The notes beneath the pieces were generated by a model that did not search any database, was not told where the DNA came from, and worked only from the letters and a program-made list of their open reading frames with translations. Positions 46,920 through 55,843 of a DNA stretch of 57,695 bases are shown piece by piece. A program made the translations under genes and the position numbers. Location of the stretch: positions 1 to 57,695 of the forward strand of contig JBOHQK010000128.1 of assembly GCA_050732195.1 (NCBI GenBank), in the 5' to 3' direction. This stretch comes from Candidatus Methylomirabilales bacterium. GTDB lineage: Bacteria; Methylomirabilota; Methylomirabilia; Methylomirabilales; JACPAU01. Numbering within the stretch: the first letter of the stretch is position 1; every line of letters starts with the position of its first letter.

Positions 46920-47606
46920 CTACCTTCCCTGCTGCCGCTGTCGCACGACCACCAGCATGGCCTCCACGACCGCTTCGGGCGGGAGGGCGGTGGTGTCCAG
47001 GCGCACGGCATCGGCCGCGGCCGCGAGGGGGGCAGCGGCCCGCCCCATGTCCCGCTGGTCCCGGCTCAGGACCTCGCTCCGGACCGTCTCCAGCGAGCGG
47101 CGCTCCCCCCGGGCGACCGCCTCCGCGTGTCTCCGCCGGGCCCGCTCCTCCTGGCTCGCGTCCAGGTAGAACTTCACGTCTGCCTGGGGGAAGACCTGCG
47201 TGCCGATGTCGCGGCCGTCCATGACGATGCCCCCCCCCGCCCCGAGAGCCCGCTGCCGCGCCACCATCACCTCCCGGACAGCCGGGTGCACGGAGACCAG
47301 AGAGGCTCCCCGGTCCACCTCCGGGTGTCGGATGGCTTCGGTCCAGTCCCCCCCAGCCACCATCAGGCGCTGCCCTGCCGGCGCGGGAACAAACGCGAGG
47401 TCCATCCGCTCGAGGAGGGCGCGCAGGCCGGGCCCGTCCCCCCAGTCCATCCCCTCCCGCTGCGCCTTCAGCGCGAGCGCGCGGTACATGGCTCCGGTGT
47501 CCACGTGCCGGTACCCGAGGCGCGCGGCCAGGAGCCGGGCGGCCGTGCTCTTGCCCGCGCCCACCGGCCCGTCAATGGAAATGACGAGGCCCCCCTCCCC
47601 CGCCAT
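46920..47606 (-). CDS. cmk: Cytidylate kinase
   Basis: VISIDGPVGAGKSTAARLLAARLGYRHVDTGAMYRALA... The ATG overlaps the aroA stop (ATGA). Confidence 0.9.
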   Translation of the reverse strand: MAGEGGLVISIDGPVGAGKSTAARLLAARLGYRHVDTGAMYRALALKAQREGMDWGDGPGLRALLERMDLAFVPAPAGQRLMVAGGDWTEAIRHPEVDRGASLVSVHPAVREVMVARQRALGAGGGIVMDGRDIGTQVFPQADVKFYLDASQEERARRRHAEAVARGERRSLETVRSEVLSRDQRDMGRAAAPLAAAADAVRLDTTALPPEAVVEAMLVVVRQRQQGR

Positions 47607-48937
47607 CAGGCATCCGGGTCCCCGGCTTCCACCCGGGGATCGGTCGCCGGGGCCGCCGTGCGCAGGAGAGAGACGAAGTCGGGGAAGGAGGTTCCGATGC
47701 AGGCGCTGTCCGCGATCCGGGTCTCCCCCCGCGCGACGAGCGCCGCCACGGCCAGCGCCATGGCGACCCGGTGGTCCCCCCGACTCGAACAGCGTGCGCC
47801 CGCGAGGGGGCGCCCTCCCCGGATCGTGAGGCCATCGGGCCGCTCCGCCACGTCGGCCCCCAGGCGGCCGAGCTCGCCGGCGAGCGCGGCGATCCGGTCG
47901 CTCTCCTTCACCCGGAGTTCCCCCGCATCCCGGATCTCCGTCTCCCCCTCGGCAGAGGCCGCCGCCACCGCCAGAATCGGGATCTCATCAATCAGGCGGG
48001 GGATCAGCGCGTCCCCCACGGACACCCCCCGGAGGGGCCCCGCGGTCACCGCCAGGTCCCCCGCCGGCTCGCCGCAGACCTCCCGACTGTCCCGGACCTC
48101 GACGGCCGCCCCCATCGCCTGGAGGACCTCCAGGAGGCCGGTCCGGGTGGGGTTGAGCCCCACTCCCGCGATCGTCAAGCGGGAACCTGGGACGAGGCAG
48201 GCGGCCACCAGGAAGAACGCGGCCGAGGAGAAATCCCCGGGGACCTCCACCGGGACGGCCGCCAGGCTCCGGACCGGCGTCACCATCACCGACCCACCGG
48301 CCGCCTTCACCGGGTGCCCAAAGCCCCGGAGCATCCGCTCCGTGTGATCCCGGGAGGGGGCGGGTTCCACGACCGTCGTCGGTCCCTCGGCGTACAGGCC
48401 CGCCAGGAGGAGGGCCGATTTCACCTGGGCGCTGGCCACCGGGGTCTCGTGCCGGATGCCCCGGAGCGGCCCCCCCCGGATCGCCAGCGGGGGGTACTGG
48501 TCGCCGGCCCGGCCCCAGACGTTGGCGCCCATCTGCCGCAGGGGCTGGATGATCCGGCCCATGGGCCGCCGGGTAAGGGAGGCGTCCCCCGTGAGGATCG
48601 AGAGGAACGGCTGCGCCGCCAGGACGCCGCTCAAGAGGCGCAGGGTGGTGCCGGAGTTCCCGGCGTCCAGGATCCCCTCGGCCTCCCGCAGGCCCCGGAG
48701 GCCCTTCCCGTGCACCCGCAGGAGGGGGCTCCCCCACCCCTCCACCCCCACCCCGAGCGCCCGGCAGGCCGCCGCCGTCCGCCAGCAGTCCTCCGCGTCG
48801 AGGTATCCCCGGATCTCCGTGGTCCCGTCCGCCAGGGCGCCCAGCAGGATGGCCCGGTGGGTGATCGACTTGTCCCCCGGCACACGGAGGCGTCCGGTGA
48901 GGGGCGGGGCCGGACCCCGAATGGTCAGGCGCTCCAC
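47606..48937 (-). CDS. aroA: 3-phosphoshikimate 1-carboxyvinyltransferase (EPSP synthase)
   Basis: LRVPGDKSITHRAILLGALADG...LDAGNSGTTLRLLSGVLA...LTGDASLTRRPMGRI...VKESDRIAA...SRGDHRVAMALAVAAL. GTG 48937 gives 443 aa. The longer ORF upstream overlaps miaA. Confidence 0.9.
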   Translation of the reverse strand: MERLTIRGPAPPLTGRLRVPGDKSITHRAILLGALADGTTEIRGYLDAEDCWRTAAACRALGVGVEGWGSPLLRVHGKGLRGLREAEGILDAGNSGTTLRLLSGVLAAQPFLSILTGDASLTRRPMGRIIQPLRQMGANVWGRAGDQYPPLAIRGGPLRGIRHETPVASAQVKSALLLAGLYAEGPTTVVEPAPSRDHTERMLRGFGHPVKAAGGSVMVTPVRSLAAVPVEVPGDFSSAAFFLVAACLVPGSRLTIAGVGLNPTRTGLLEVLQAMGAAVEVRDSREVCGEPAGDLAVTAGPLRGVSVGDALIPRLIDEIPILAVAAASAEGETEIRDAGELRVKESDRIAALAGELGRLGADVAERPDGLTIRGGRPLAGARCSSRGDHRVAMALAVAALVARGETRIADSACIGTSFPDFVSLLRTAAPATDPRVEAGDPDA

Positions 48938-49917
48938 GGGGCCGTCTCTTCCACCGCTCGGTCCGCCAGGAGGGTCAGGATCCGTTCCGCCGTCACCGCC
49001 GGGGGCTCCTCCGGGGCCAGGCGAAACCAGGCGATCCCCGGCTCCTTCCGGAACCAGGTGAGCTGGCGCTTGGCGTAGCGGCGGGTGTCCCGCTGCATCA
49101 GCCGGATCGCCTCCTGAGCGGTCCGCTCCCCCCGCACCACGGGAAGGAAGTGCCGGTAGCCCAGGCCGCGCATTGGCCGGGTGCCCCGGTAGCCCCGGGC
49201 CACGAGGGCGCGCACCTCCGCCTCCAGGCCGCCTGCCACCATGGCCTGGACCCGGGCCTCGATCCGGCGGTAGAGATCCCCTCGATCCCGGGTGAGTCCG
49301 ACCACGAGACCTGCTGCTGCCCCGCGGGTCCGCCGGTGGTCCGCCTGCAGCCGGGAGAGGGGGATACCCGTCTCCTCCAGGACCTCCAGGGCGCGCACGA
49401 CCCGGATCCGGTCGTTCGGGCTCAGGCGCGCCGCCGCCTCGGGGTCGGCCTCCTTCAGGCGCGCGTGCAGAGCCGGAATCCCCAGGCACTGCTCCTCCAC
49501 CTGGAGGCGGCGGCGGAGGCTGGGGTTCGAGGGGGGGGCGCCGCAGAGCCCCTGCCGCAGCACTCGCAGATACAGGCCCGTCCCGGCCACCACCAGGGGG
49601 AGGCGACGGCGCGCCCGGATGGCGGCACAGGCCGCTGCCGCCGCGGCCCGGAAGGCGGCGGCGTCGAATCCCGCCCAGGGCTCCGCCAGATCCAGCCCGT
49701 GGTGCGCCACGCCGGCGCGCTCGGCGGCTGTGGGCTTGCCGGTGCCGATGGTGAAGCCGCGGTACACCTGCATGGAGTCCGCCACGACGATCTCAGCGTG
49801 GAGAAGCGGGGCGAGGGCGAGCGCCACGGCGCTCTTCCCCACCCCTGTGGGGCCGGCGAGGGCCAGGAACGGGAGGGCGGGATCGGCGGCGATCGGCGGG
49901 AGGGGCGGGGCGTTCAA
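48925..49917 (-). CDS. miaA: tRNA dimethylallyltransferase
   Basis: LALAGPTGVGKSAVALALA...EIVVADSMQVYRGFTIGTGKPT...HHGLDL...AKRQLTWFR. It has an apparent TTG start that overlaps the upstream stop. Confidence 0.85.
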   Translation of the reverse strand: MNAPPLPPIAADPALPFLALAGPTGVGKSAVALALAPLLHAEIVVADSMQVYRGFTIGTGKPTAAERAGVAHHGLDLAEPWAGFDAAAFRAAAAAACAAIRARRRLPLVVAGTGLYLRVLRQGLCGAPPSNPSLRRRLQVEEQCLGIPALHARLKEADPEAAARLSPNDRIRVVRALEVLEETGIPLSRLQADHRRTRGAAAGLVVGLTRDRGDLYRRIEARVQAMVAGGLEAEVRALVARGYRGTRPMRGLGYRHFLPVVRGERTAQEAIRLMQRDTRRYAKRQLTWFRKEPGIAWFRLAPEEPPAVTAERILTLLADRAVEETAPWSA

Positions 49918-50201
49918 CGGAGGCGCTCGGCGTGCTCGGCCGTGAACTGCATTGTGTGGGTGTACCAGAGGACGCGGACGGGGGCGGACCAGCGGAGGCG
50001 GGCGTAGACCCGCTGGGTGTCCACGGAGGTGACGATCTCCTGCTCCGGGATGGTGACCTCCCGTTCCTTCAGCTTCTCCAGGATCTGCCGCCGGAGGTTG
50101 GCCTCGCTGTGGGGCGGCGCCGAGGCCAGCCGGACGGCCACCTGCACCCCGTCCTTGACGTAGAGGTAGTCCACGTAGGGGGGAACCGCCTGGATGGCCA
50201 C
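49914..50201 (-). CDS. Small hypothetical protein between ilvC and miaA; start unresolved
   Basis: The frame is open from the ilvC stop region to TGA 49914. It encodes a hydrophobic segment (AATVILLLLAAVLLHVAIQAV) followed by a soluble ~90-aa domain. The first canonical start (GTG 50201) lies after most of the hydrophobic segment. Confidence 0.35.
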   Translation of the reverse strand: MAIQAVPPYVDYLYVKDGVQVAVRLASAPPHSEANLRRQILEKLKEREVTIPEQEIVTSVDTQRVYARLRWSAPVRVLWYTHTMQFTAEHAERLR

Positions 50202-50293
50202 GTGCAGCAGGACGGCCGCCAGGAGCAGGAGGATGACCGTCGCGGCTTGGATCCGCCCCGTCCTGCCGTTGACAACCGCCGCGGGCGCGTGCG

Positions 50294-51295
50294 TTACCTG
50301 GGCCCTCCCTTGATCCAGGTCATCATGCTGCGCAGCTGCTTCCCCACCCGCTCGATGGGGTGCTCGGCGTCTCGCTTCCGGAGCGCCAGGAAGGCCGGCC
50401 GCCCCGCCGTGTTCTCCAGGATCCACTCCCGGGCGAAGGCGCCGCTCTGGATCTCCTCGAGGATGCGCTTCATCTCTGCCCGCACGGCCGGGCTGATGAC
50501 CCGGGGGCCGCGGGTGTAGTCGCCGTACTCGGCCGTGTCGGAGACCGAGTAGCGCATGTAGGCCAGCCCCCCCTGGTAGAAGAGGTCCACGATGAGCTTC
50601 AGCTCGTGCAGGCACTCGAAGTAGGCCAGCTCCGGCTGGTAGCCTGCCTCCACCAGAGTCTCGAAGGCGGTCTTCACCAGGGCCGAGACCCCCCCGCAGA
50701 GGACCGTCTGCTCCCCGAAGAGGTCGGTCTCCGTTTCCTCCCGAAAGGTGGTCTCCAGCACCCCCGCCCGGGTGCAACCCACGCTCCGGGCGTAGGCCAG
50801 GGCGACCGCCTTCGCCTTCCCGGAGACGTCCTGGTGGATGGCTAGCAAGGCCGGCACCCCCGCCCCCTCCGTGAAGACCTGCCGCATCAGGTGGCCGGGC
50901 GCCTTGGGGGCGATCATGGAGACGTCCACGGTGTCGGGGGGGAGGATTTGATGGAAGTGGATGTTGAAGCCGTGGGCGAACATGAGGGTCTTGCCTGCAG
51001 TCAGGGCCGGGCGCACCGCCGCCTCGTAGACGGCCCGGTGGGTCTGGTCGGGGAGGAGGATCATAATAATTTGCCCCATCTGGGCCGCCTCCTCGACCGT
51101 GGCCACCTTCAGCCCGTCCGCCTTGGCCTTTTCCCAGGACTTGCTCCCCTTGTAGAGGCCCACCACCACCTCCTGCCCCGAGTCCCGGTGGTTCAGGGCG
51201 TGGGCGTGCCCCTGGCTGCCGTAGCCCAGGATGGCGATGGTCTTCCCCCGGAGCAGGCTGAGGTCCGCGTCCTTGTCGTAGTACAGGTGGGCCAT
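50294..51295 (-). CDS. ilvC: Ketol-acid reductoisomerase
   Basis: [40 protein letters not shown]...FAHGFNIHF...[39 protein letters not shown]. Confidence 0.95.
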   Translation of the reverse strand: MAHLYYDKDADLSLLRGKTIAILGYGSQGHAHALNHRDSGQEVVVGLYKGSKSWEKAKADGLKVATVEEAAQMGQIIMILLPDQTHRAVYEAAVRPALTAGKTLMFAHGFNIHFHQILPPDTVDVSMIAPKAPGHLMRQVFTEGAGVPALLAIHQDVSGKAKAVALAYARSVGCTRAGVLETTFREETETDLFGEQTVLCGGVSALVKTAFETLVEAGYQPELAYFECLHELKLIVDLFYQGGLAYMRYSVSDTAEYGDYTRGPRVISPAVRAEMKRILEEIQSGAFAREWILENTAGRPAFLALRKRDAEHPIERVGKQLRSMMTWIKGGPR

Positions 51296-51318
51296 GGGAT
51301 CCTCCGATGGGCGTCGCG

Positions 51319-51894
51319 CTAGTTGTCGTAGCCGACGGCCCGGGGCGCACCCTGCAGCTGTTGGCGCTTGGCCTGGTCCTTGCGGCTGAGGATTTTGCTC
51401 CCGCGGGCGATGGCGACCTTCCCGGTGCGGACCACCTCCTGGATGCCGAAGGGCCGCAGGAGCTCGACGATGGCGCTGATCTTGCTCTCGCCCCCCGTGA
51501 CCTCCAGCGTGTAGGAGAGGGGGGTGACGTCCACGATCTTGGCCCGGAAGATGTCGGCGATGCGGAGAATCTCGGCGCGGGTCGCCGGGGCGGCGCCCAC
51601 CCGCAGGAGGAGCATCTCCCGGCTGACGTGCTCCTCGTCGGTCAGGTCGATCACCTTGATGACGTCGATCAGCTTGTGGAGCTGCTTGACGAGCTGCTCG
51701 ATGACCAACTGGGTGGCCCGGACCACGATCGTCATCCGGGCGACGGTGGGGTCCAGTGTCTCCGCCACCGAGAGGCTGTCGATGTTGTAGCCGCGGCCGG
51801 AGAAGAGGCCGGAGACCCGGCTCAGGACGCCGAAGCGGTTCTCCACCAGGATCGCGATCGTGTAGCGGCGCACCTCGGAAGGATCGAGCGGCAT
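51319..51894 (-). CDS. ilvN: Acetolactate synthase small (regulatory) subunit
   Basis: [48 protein letters not shown] is the ACT domain of AHAS small subunits. Confidence 0.9.
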   Translation of the reverse strand: MPLDPSEVRRYTIAILVENRFGVLSRVSGLFSGRGYNIDSLSVAETLDPTVARMTIVVRATQLVIEQLVKQLHKLIDVIKVIDLTDEEHVSREMLLLRVGAAPATRAEILRIADIFRAKIVDVTPLSYTLEVTGGESKISAIVELLRPFGIQEVVRTGKVAIARGSKILSRKDQAKRQQLQGAPRAVGYDN

Positions 51895-51943
51895 GTGCCG
51901 GTGGGGGGCATCCGCCTCCCCGCCTCCTCCTCTTGCGTGCGGA

Positions 51944-53701
51944 CTAGAAGCCGGTCAGCTTGGCCACCCGGGCCTTCGCCTCCTCGGGCTTCTCGCTCTT
52001 CGGCTTGGCCAGGACCATGTCCTTGACCGCCGCCCCTGCCGGGACCATGGGGAAGCAGGCCTCCTCCGGGTCCACAACAAAGTCCATCAGAACCGGGCCG
52101 GGGTGGGCGAGCGCCCGCTCCCAGGTGGGGGTCACCTCGCTCGGCGTGGTGGCCCTGAGCCCCAGGATGCCGAAGGCCTCGGCCAGTTTGGCGTAGTCGG
52201 GGCGGACGGAGAGGTCAATGCCGATGAAGCGGCGGTTGTAGAAGAGCTCCTGCCACTGGCGGACCATGCCGTGCGCCAGGTTGTTCACGATGGCGATTTT
52301 CAAGGGGAGGCGCTCCTCCACCACCGTGGAGAGCTCCTGCATATTCATCTGGAAGGAGCCGTCGCCCAGGAGGGCGATGACCAGCTTGTCGGGCCGGGCC
52401 ACCTGTGCCCCGATGGCGGCCGGCAGCCCGTACCCCATGGTCCCCAGGCCCCCGGAGGTGACCCAGTGACGGGGCTTGTTGACGATGAAGTACTGCCCGG
52501 CCCACATCTGGTGCTGGCCCACGTCCGTCGCTACGATGGGGTCCAGGTGCGAGGTCAGGCGGGAGGTCTCCTGGATCACGAACTGGGGCTTGATGATCTC
52601 ATCGCTCCGCTCGTAGGTCAGGGGATGCTGCGCCTTCCAGGCCTTGATCTGCTGCCACCAGGCCTCCCGGCTCTCCTTCCAGGAGCCGTCGTCCAGCCCC
52701 CGGAGGTCCTTGTTGAGCCGGGCCAGGACGTGCTTCGCGTCCCCCACGATGGGAATCTCCACGTGGAAGTTCCTCGCGATGCTGGTCGGGTCAATATCAA
52801 TATGAATGACCTCGGCCTCGGGGCACCAGGCGTCGAGTTTCCCGGTGACCCGATCGTCGAAGCGGGCTCCGACGGCAATGAGGAGGTCGGTGTTGATGAC
52901 GGCCGTGTTGGTGTACCAGGCCCCGTGCATCCCCAGCATGCCCAGGCTCAGGGGGTGGTCCCCCGGGAACGCCCCGATCCCCATCAGGGTCATGGTGACC
53001 GGGATCTGGGCCAGCTCGGCCAGCTCCCTGAGCTCCGGGGCCGCGTCCGCGTTGATGACGCCGCCCCCCACGTACAGGATGGGCTTCCGGGCCTTCAGGA
53101 TCGCCTGGGCCGCCTTCTTGATCTGCCCCGGGTGCCCCTCCACCGTCGGGTTGTAGGACCGGAGGAAAATCTTCTCGGGATACACGAATTCGCCCTGCTT
53201 CAGGAGGATGTCCTTGGGGAGGTCCACGTGAACCGGCCCCGGCCGCCCGCTCCGCGCGATGTAGAAGGCCTCCTTGATGATCGGCGCCACCTCCTTGACA
53301 TCCTTCACCAGGTAGTTGTGCTTGGTGCACGGGCGACAGATGCCGACGTTGTCCGCCTCCTGGAAGGCGTCGTTGCCAATGAGGTGCGTGGGCACCTGCC
53401 CGGTGAAGGCCACGATCGGCATCGAGTCCACCTGAGCGTCGGCCAGGGCCGTGACCAGGTTCGTGCAGGCCGGACCGGAGGTGACCAGGCACACCCCGAC
53501 CTTTCCGGTGACCCGCGCGTAGGCCTCCGCGGCGTGGCCCGCCGCTGCCTCCTGGCGGACCAGGACATGGCGGAGCTCCTTCCGGTTCAGGGAGTCGAAG
53601 AGCGCATCGTAGGCGGGCAGGACCGCCTCGCCCGGCAGGCCGAAAATGACCTCCACGCCTTCCCGCTTCAGGCTCTCGCAGAAGATCTGGGCGCCCGTCA
53701 T
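51944..53701 (-). CDS. ilvB: Acetolactate synthase large (catalytic) subunit
   Basis: MTGAQIFCESLKREGVEVIFGLPGEAVLP...TSGPACTNLVTALADA...GGLGTMGYGLPAAIGAQVA...GDGSFQMNMQEL (ThDP motif). An in-frame GTG at 53707 is an alternative start. Confidence 0.95.
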   Translation of the reverse strand: MTGAQIFCESLKREGVEVIFGLPGEAVLPAYDALFDSLNRKELRHVLVRQEAAAGHAAEAYARVTGKVGVCLVTSGPACTNLVTALADAQVDSMPIVAFTGQVPTHLIGNDAFQEADNVGICRPCTKHNYLVKDVKEVAPIIKEAFYIARSGRPGPVHVDLPKDILLKQGEFVYPEKIFLRSYNPTVEGHPGQIKKAAQAILKARKPILYVGGGVINADAAPELRELAELAQIPVTMTLMGIGAFPGDHPLSLGMLGMHGAWYTNTAVINTDLLIAVGARFDDRVTGKLDAWCPEAEVIHIDIDPTSIARNFHVEIPIVGDAKHVLARLNKDLRGLDDGSWKESREAWWQQIKAWKAQHPLTYERSDEIIKPQFVIQETSRLTSHLDPIVATDVGQHQMWAGQYFIVNKPRHWVTSGGLGTMGYGLPAAIGAQVARPDKLVIALLGDGSFQMNMQELSTVVEERLPLKIAIVNNLAHGMVRQWQELFYNRRFIGIDLSVRPDYAKLAEAFGILGLRATTPSEVTPTWERALAHPGPVLMDFVVDPEEACFPMVPAGAAVKDMVLAKPKSEKPEEAKARVAKLTGF

Positions 53702-53773
53702 CTTCACAGGATACCCCCCGGCAGGAGAGTCCGGCCCCGACTGCCGCCTGGCGGCGCCCCGCTCGGCGTCAAT

Positions 53774-53804
53774 CCCGCCCCGCCGGGGTGCGTGGCGGGG
53801 CGGG
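53774..53804 (-). other. 11-bp perfect GC hairpin in the ilvB leader / murJ trailer
   Basis: CCCGCCCCGCC-9 nt-GGCGGGGCGGG. On the minus strand it is followed by ATTGACG, with no U run. Confidence 0.5.
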
Positions 53805-53831
53805 CAGGCTCGGGCGGCCGATGGACCCTGT

Positions 53832-53860
53832 TAATTAGCAATCCATCCCGCTAATGTCAA
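53832..53860 (-). promoter_or_regulatory. Candidate sigma70-type promoter for ilvBNC
   Basis: On the minus strand: TTGACA (53860-53855), a 17-nt spacer, then TAATTA (53837-53832), in an AT-rich patch directly after the murJ stop. Confidence 0.45.
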
Positions 53861-53873
53861 TGAAAATTTGCAC

Positions 53874-55463
53874 TTACGCTTGTCGGCCGGGACCCGCCAG
53901 CGCTGTGCGGAGCGCCCGGAGGAGCCGCTGGGCCTCCTCCACCCGAAAGAGGGCGGTGGCCCCGAGGAAGACGATCCCCCCCAGCAGGATCCCACCCCCG
54001 AGGGCGGCCGCCTTGGCCGGGAGCCCGGGGAGCCCGAGGAAATCTACGCGCTGGAGAAGGAGCGCCATGAGCCCTCCCATCAGGGTCGCGGCGCCCGCCA
54101 CCTTGCCGAGGAAACGGCTGAACGCCGCCTCCCACGGGCTCCCGACGCGACGAGAGAGACCCCGCAGAAGCAGGGCGCTGTAGAGCGCGGAGGTGAGGGC
54201 GGTGGAGAGGGCCAGCCCCGCTGCCCCGAGCGGTCGCATCAGGAGGACGCTGAGCACGGTGCCGGCCGTCACGGCGACGGCGGCCGCCCGGACCGGGCTG
54301 CGCGTGTCCTGGAAGGAGTAGAAGGCCGGCGCCAGGATCCGGTTGCCCACGTAGCAGGCGAGCCCGACCGCGTAGGCCAGGAGGACATCCGCCGCGGCGA
54401 GTGTCGCCTCCCGGCCGAAGGCCCCCCGCTCGAAGAGGAGGTGGACGATGGGGACCCTGAGGACGATGAGGCCGGCCATGGCCGGGAGGGTGAGATAGAG
54501 GGCTCCCCTCAGGGCCGTGAGAAGCGTGGCCCGGACCTCGGCCGGGGCGTTCCGGGCGGCGGCTGCCGCCATGGTGGGGAAGGCGGCGGTGGCCATGGCG
54601 ACCCCGACGATGCCGATGGGCAGGTGGATGAGGCGGAAGGCATAGTACAAATGGGAGGGCGCTCCCTCCTCGAGGAAGGAGGCCAGCAGGGTGGTGACGA
54701 AGAGGCTCACCTGCGTGATGGCCAGCCCGGCGGTGGCCGGCCCCATCAGGCGCGCCATCCGGCCGAGGACCGCTCGCTCCCCCGGAGCGGCCGCTTCCGT
54801 CAGGCGCAGGCCGTACGCGGCGGCCACCGGGAACTGGAGGAGGAGCTGGAGGGCCCCGCCAAGGAGCACGCCGTAGGCGAGGGCCAGGACCGGCTCCGCG
54901 AGCCGCGGGGTCAGCCACAGGGCGGCTGCGATCATGGCCAGGTTCAGGAGGGCCGGGGAGAGGGCCGGGGTGAGGAAGTGCCCCAGCGAGTTTAGCAGGC
55001 CCATGAGGAGGGCCCCGAGGCCGACGAAGAGGATGTAGGGGAAGAGCCACCGGGTGAGGGCGACCGTCAACTCGAACTTCCCCGGGGTTGCGGTAAAGCC
55101 GGGGGCGATGACCGCGACCAGAAGGGGGGCCAACAGGACCCCGGCGAGGACGATCAGGCAGAGGATGATGACGAGGGAACGGCACGCGGCCGCCGCCACC
55201 CGGAAGGCGGCGGGCCGCCCCTCCCGCACCAGGACCTCGTTGTAGACCGGGATGAAGGCGGCGGAGAGCGCCCCCTCTCCCAGGAGTTCCCGGAGCGCGT
55301 TCGGGATCCGGAAGGCCACGAAGAAGGCGTCGGCGGCGGCCGAGACGCCGAACGCCTGGGCGATGACCATGTCCCGGAGGAACCCCAGGACGCGGCTGAC
55401 GGCGGTGGCCCCGCCGACCACCGAGGCGGCGCGGGCGATGCGCGGGGGGGAGCCGGCTGGCAT
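53874..55463 (-). CDS. murJ: Lipid II flippase MurJ
   Basis: GGATAVSRVLGFLRDMVIAQAFGVSAAADAFFVAFRIPNALRELLGEGALSAAFIPVY is the MurJ/MviN N-terminal signature. It is multi-pass and 529 aa long. Confidence 0.9.
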   Translation of the reverse strand: MPAGSPPRIARAASVVGGATAVSRVLGFLRDMVIAQAFGVSAAADAFFVAFRIPNALRELLGEGALSAAFIPVYNEVLVREGRPAAFRVAAAACRSLVIILCLIVLAGVLLAPLLVAVIAPGFTATPGKFELTVALTRWLFPYILFVGLGALLMGLLNSLGHFLTPALSPALLNLAMIAAALWLTPRLAEPVLALAYGVLLGGALQLLLQFPVAAAYGLRLTEAAAPGERAVLGRMARLMGPATAGLAITQVSLFVTTLLASFLEEGAPSHLYYAFRLIHLPIGIVGVAMATAAFPTMAAAAARNAPAEVRATLLTALRGALYLTLPAMAGLIVLRVPIVHLLFERGAFGREATLAAADVLLAYAVGLACYVGNRILAPAFYSFQDTRSPVRAAAVAVTAGTVLSVLLMRPLGAAGLALSTALTSALYSALLLRGLSRRVGSPWEAAFSRFLGKVAGAATLMGGLMALLLQRVDFLGLPGLPAKAAALGGGILLGGIVFLGATALFRVEEAQRLLRALRTALAGPGRQA

Positions 55464-55483
55464 GGTGGGTGTGCAATTCCCGC

Positions 55484-55513
55484 TTGACAGGGGCCGGCGG
55501 ATCTCAGTATACA
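55484..55513 (+). promoter_or_regulatory. Sigma70-type promoter for rpsT
   Basis: TTGACA (55484-55489), then TATACA (55508-55513) with an 18-nt spacer, or AGTATA with a 16-nt spacer. Confidence 0.5.
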
Positions 55514-55561
55514 GTCGCCTCGTGCCGGCAGAGAGCCGGCCGGGACAGGAGAAGGCCCTTC

Positions 55562-55843
55562 ATGCCGAACATCGCCTCAGCGAAAAAGCGGCTCCGCCAG
55601 GCAGAGAGGCGGGCGGCGCGCAACCGGGGAGCCAAGACCGCCCTGCGCACCAAGATCAAGAGGGTCCGCCAGGCCATCGAGGGGGGAAACCTGGACGCAG
55701 CGCGCGCAGCGCTCGCCGCCGCGATCCCCGCCATCGACAGGACCGCCTCGCGGGGGGTGATCCACCGGCGGACGGCGGCTCGCTACAAGTCCCGCCTCAT
55801 GCGCCGCCTCGCCGCCGGGGCCGCCCGGCCCGCCTCCGCCTAG
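55562..55843 (+). CDS. rpsT: 30S ribosomal protein S20
   Basis: MPNIASAKKRLRQAERRAARNRGAKTALRTKIKRV...AIDRTASRGVIHRRTAARYKSRL. Confidence 0.9.
   Translation: MPNIASAKKRLRQAERRAARNRGAKTALRTKIKRVRQAIEGGNLDAARAALAAAIPAIDRTASRGVIHRRTAARYKSRLMRRLAAGAARPASA

Noticed and set aside
48938-49489. Upstream extension of the aroA ORF (627 aa), and similar extensions of the rpsA ORF (46168-46626) and the 478-aa ORF at 50298-51350.
   Set aside because: These extensions overlap miaA, plsC and ilvC respectively in other frames and are Pro/Gly/Arg-rich. Canonical protein N-termini and SD sequences support the shorter starts.
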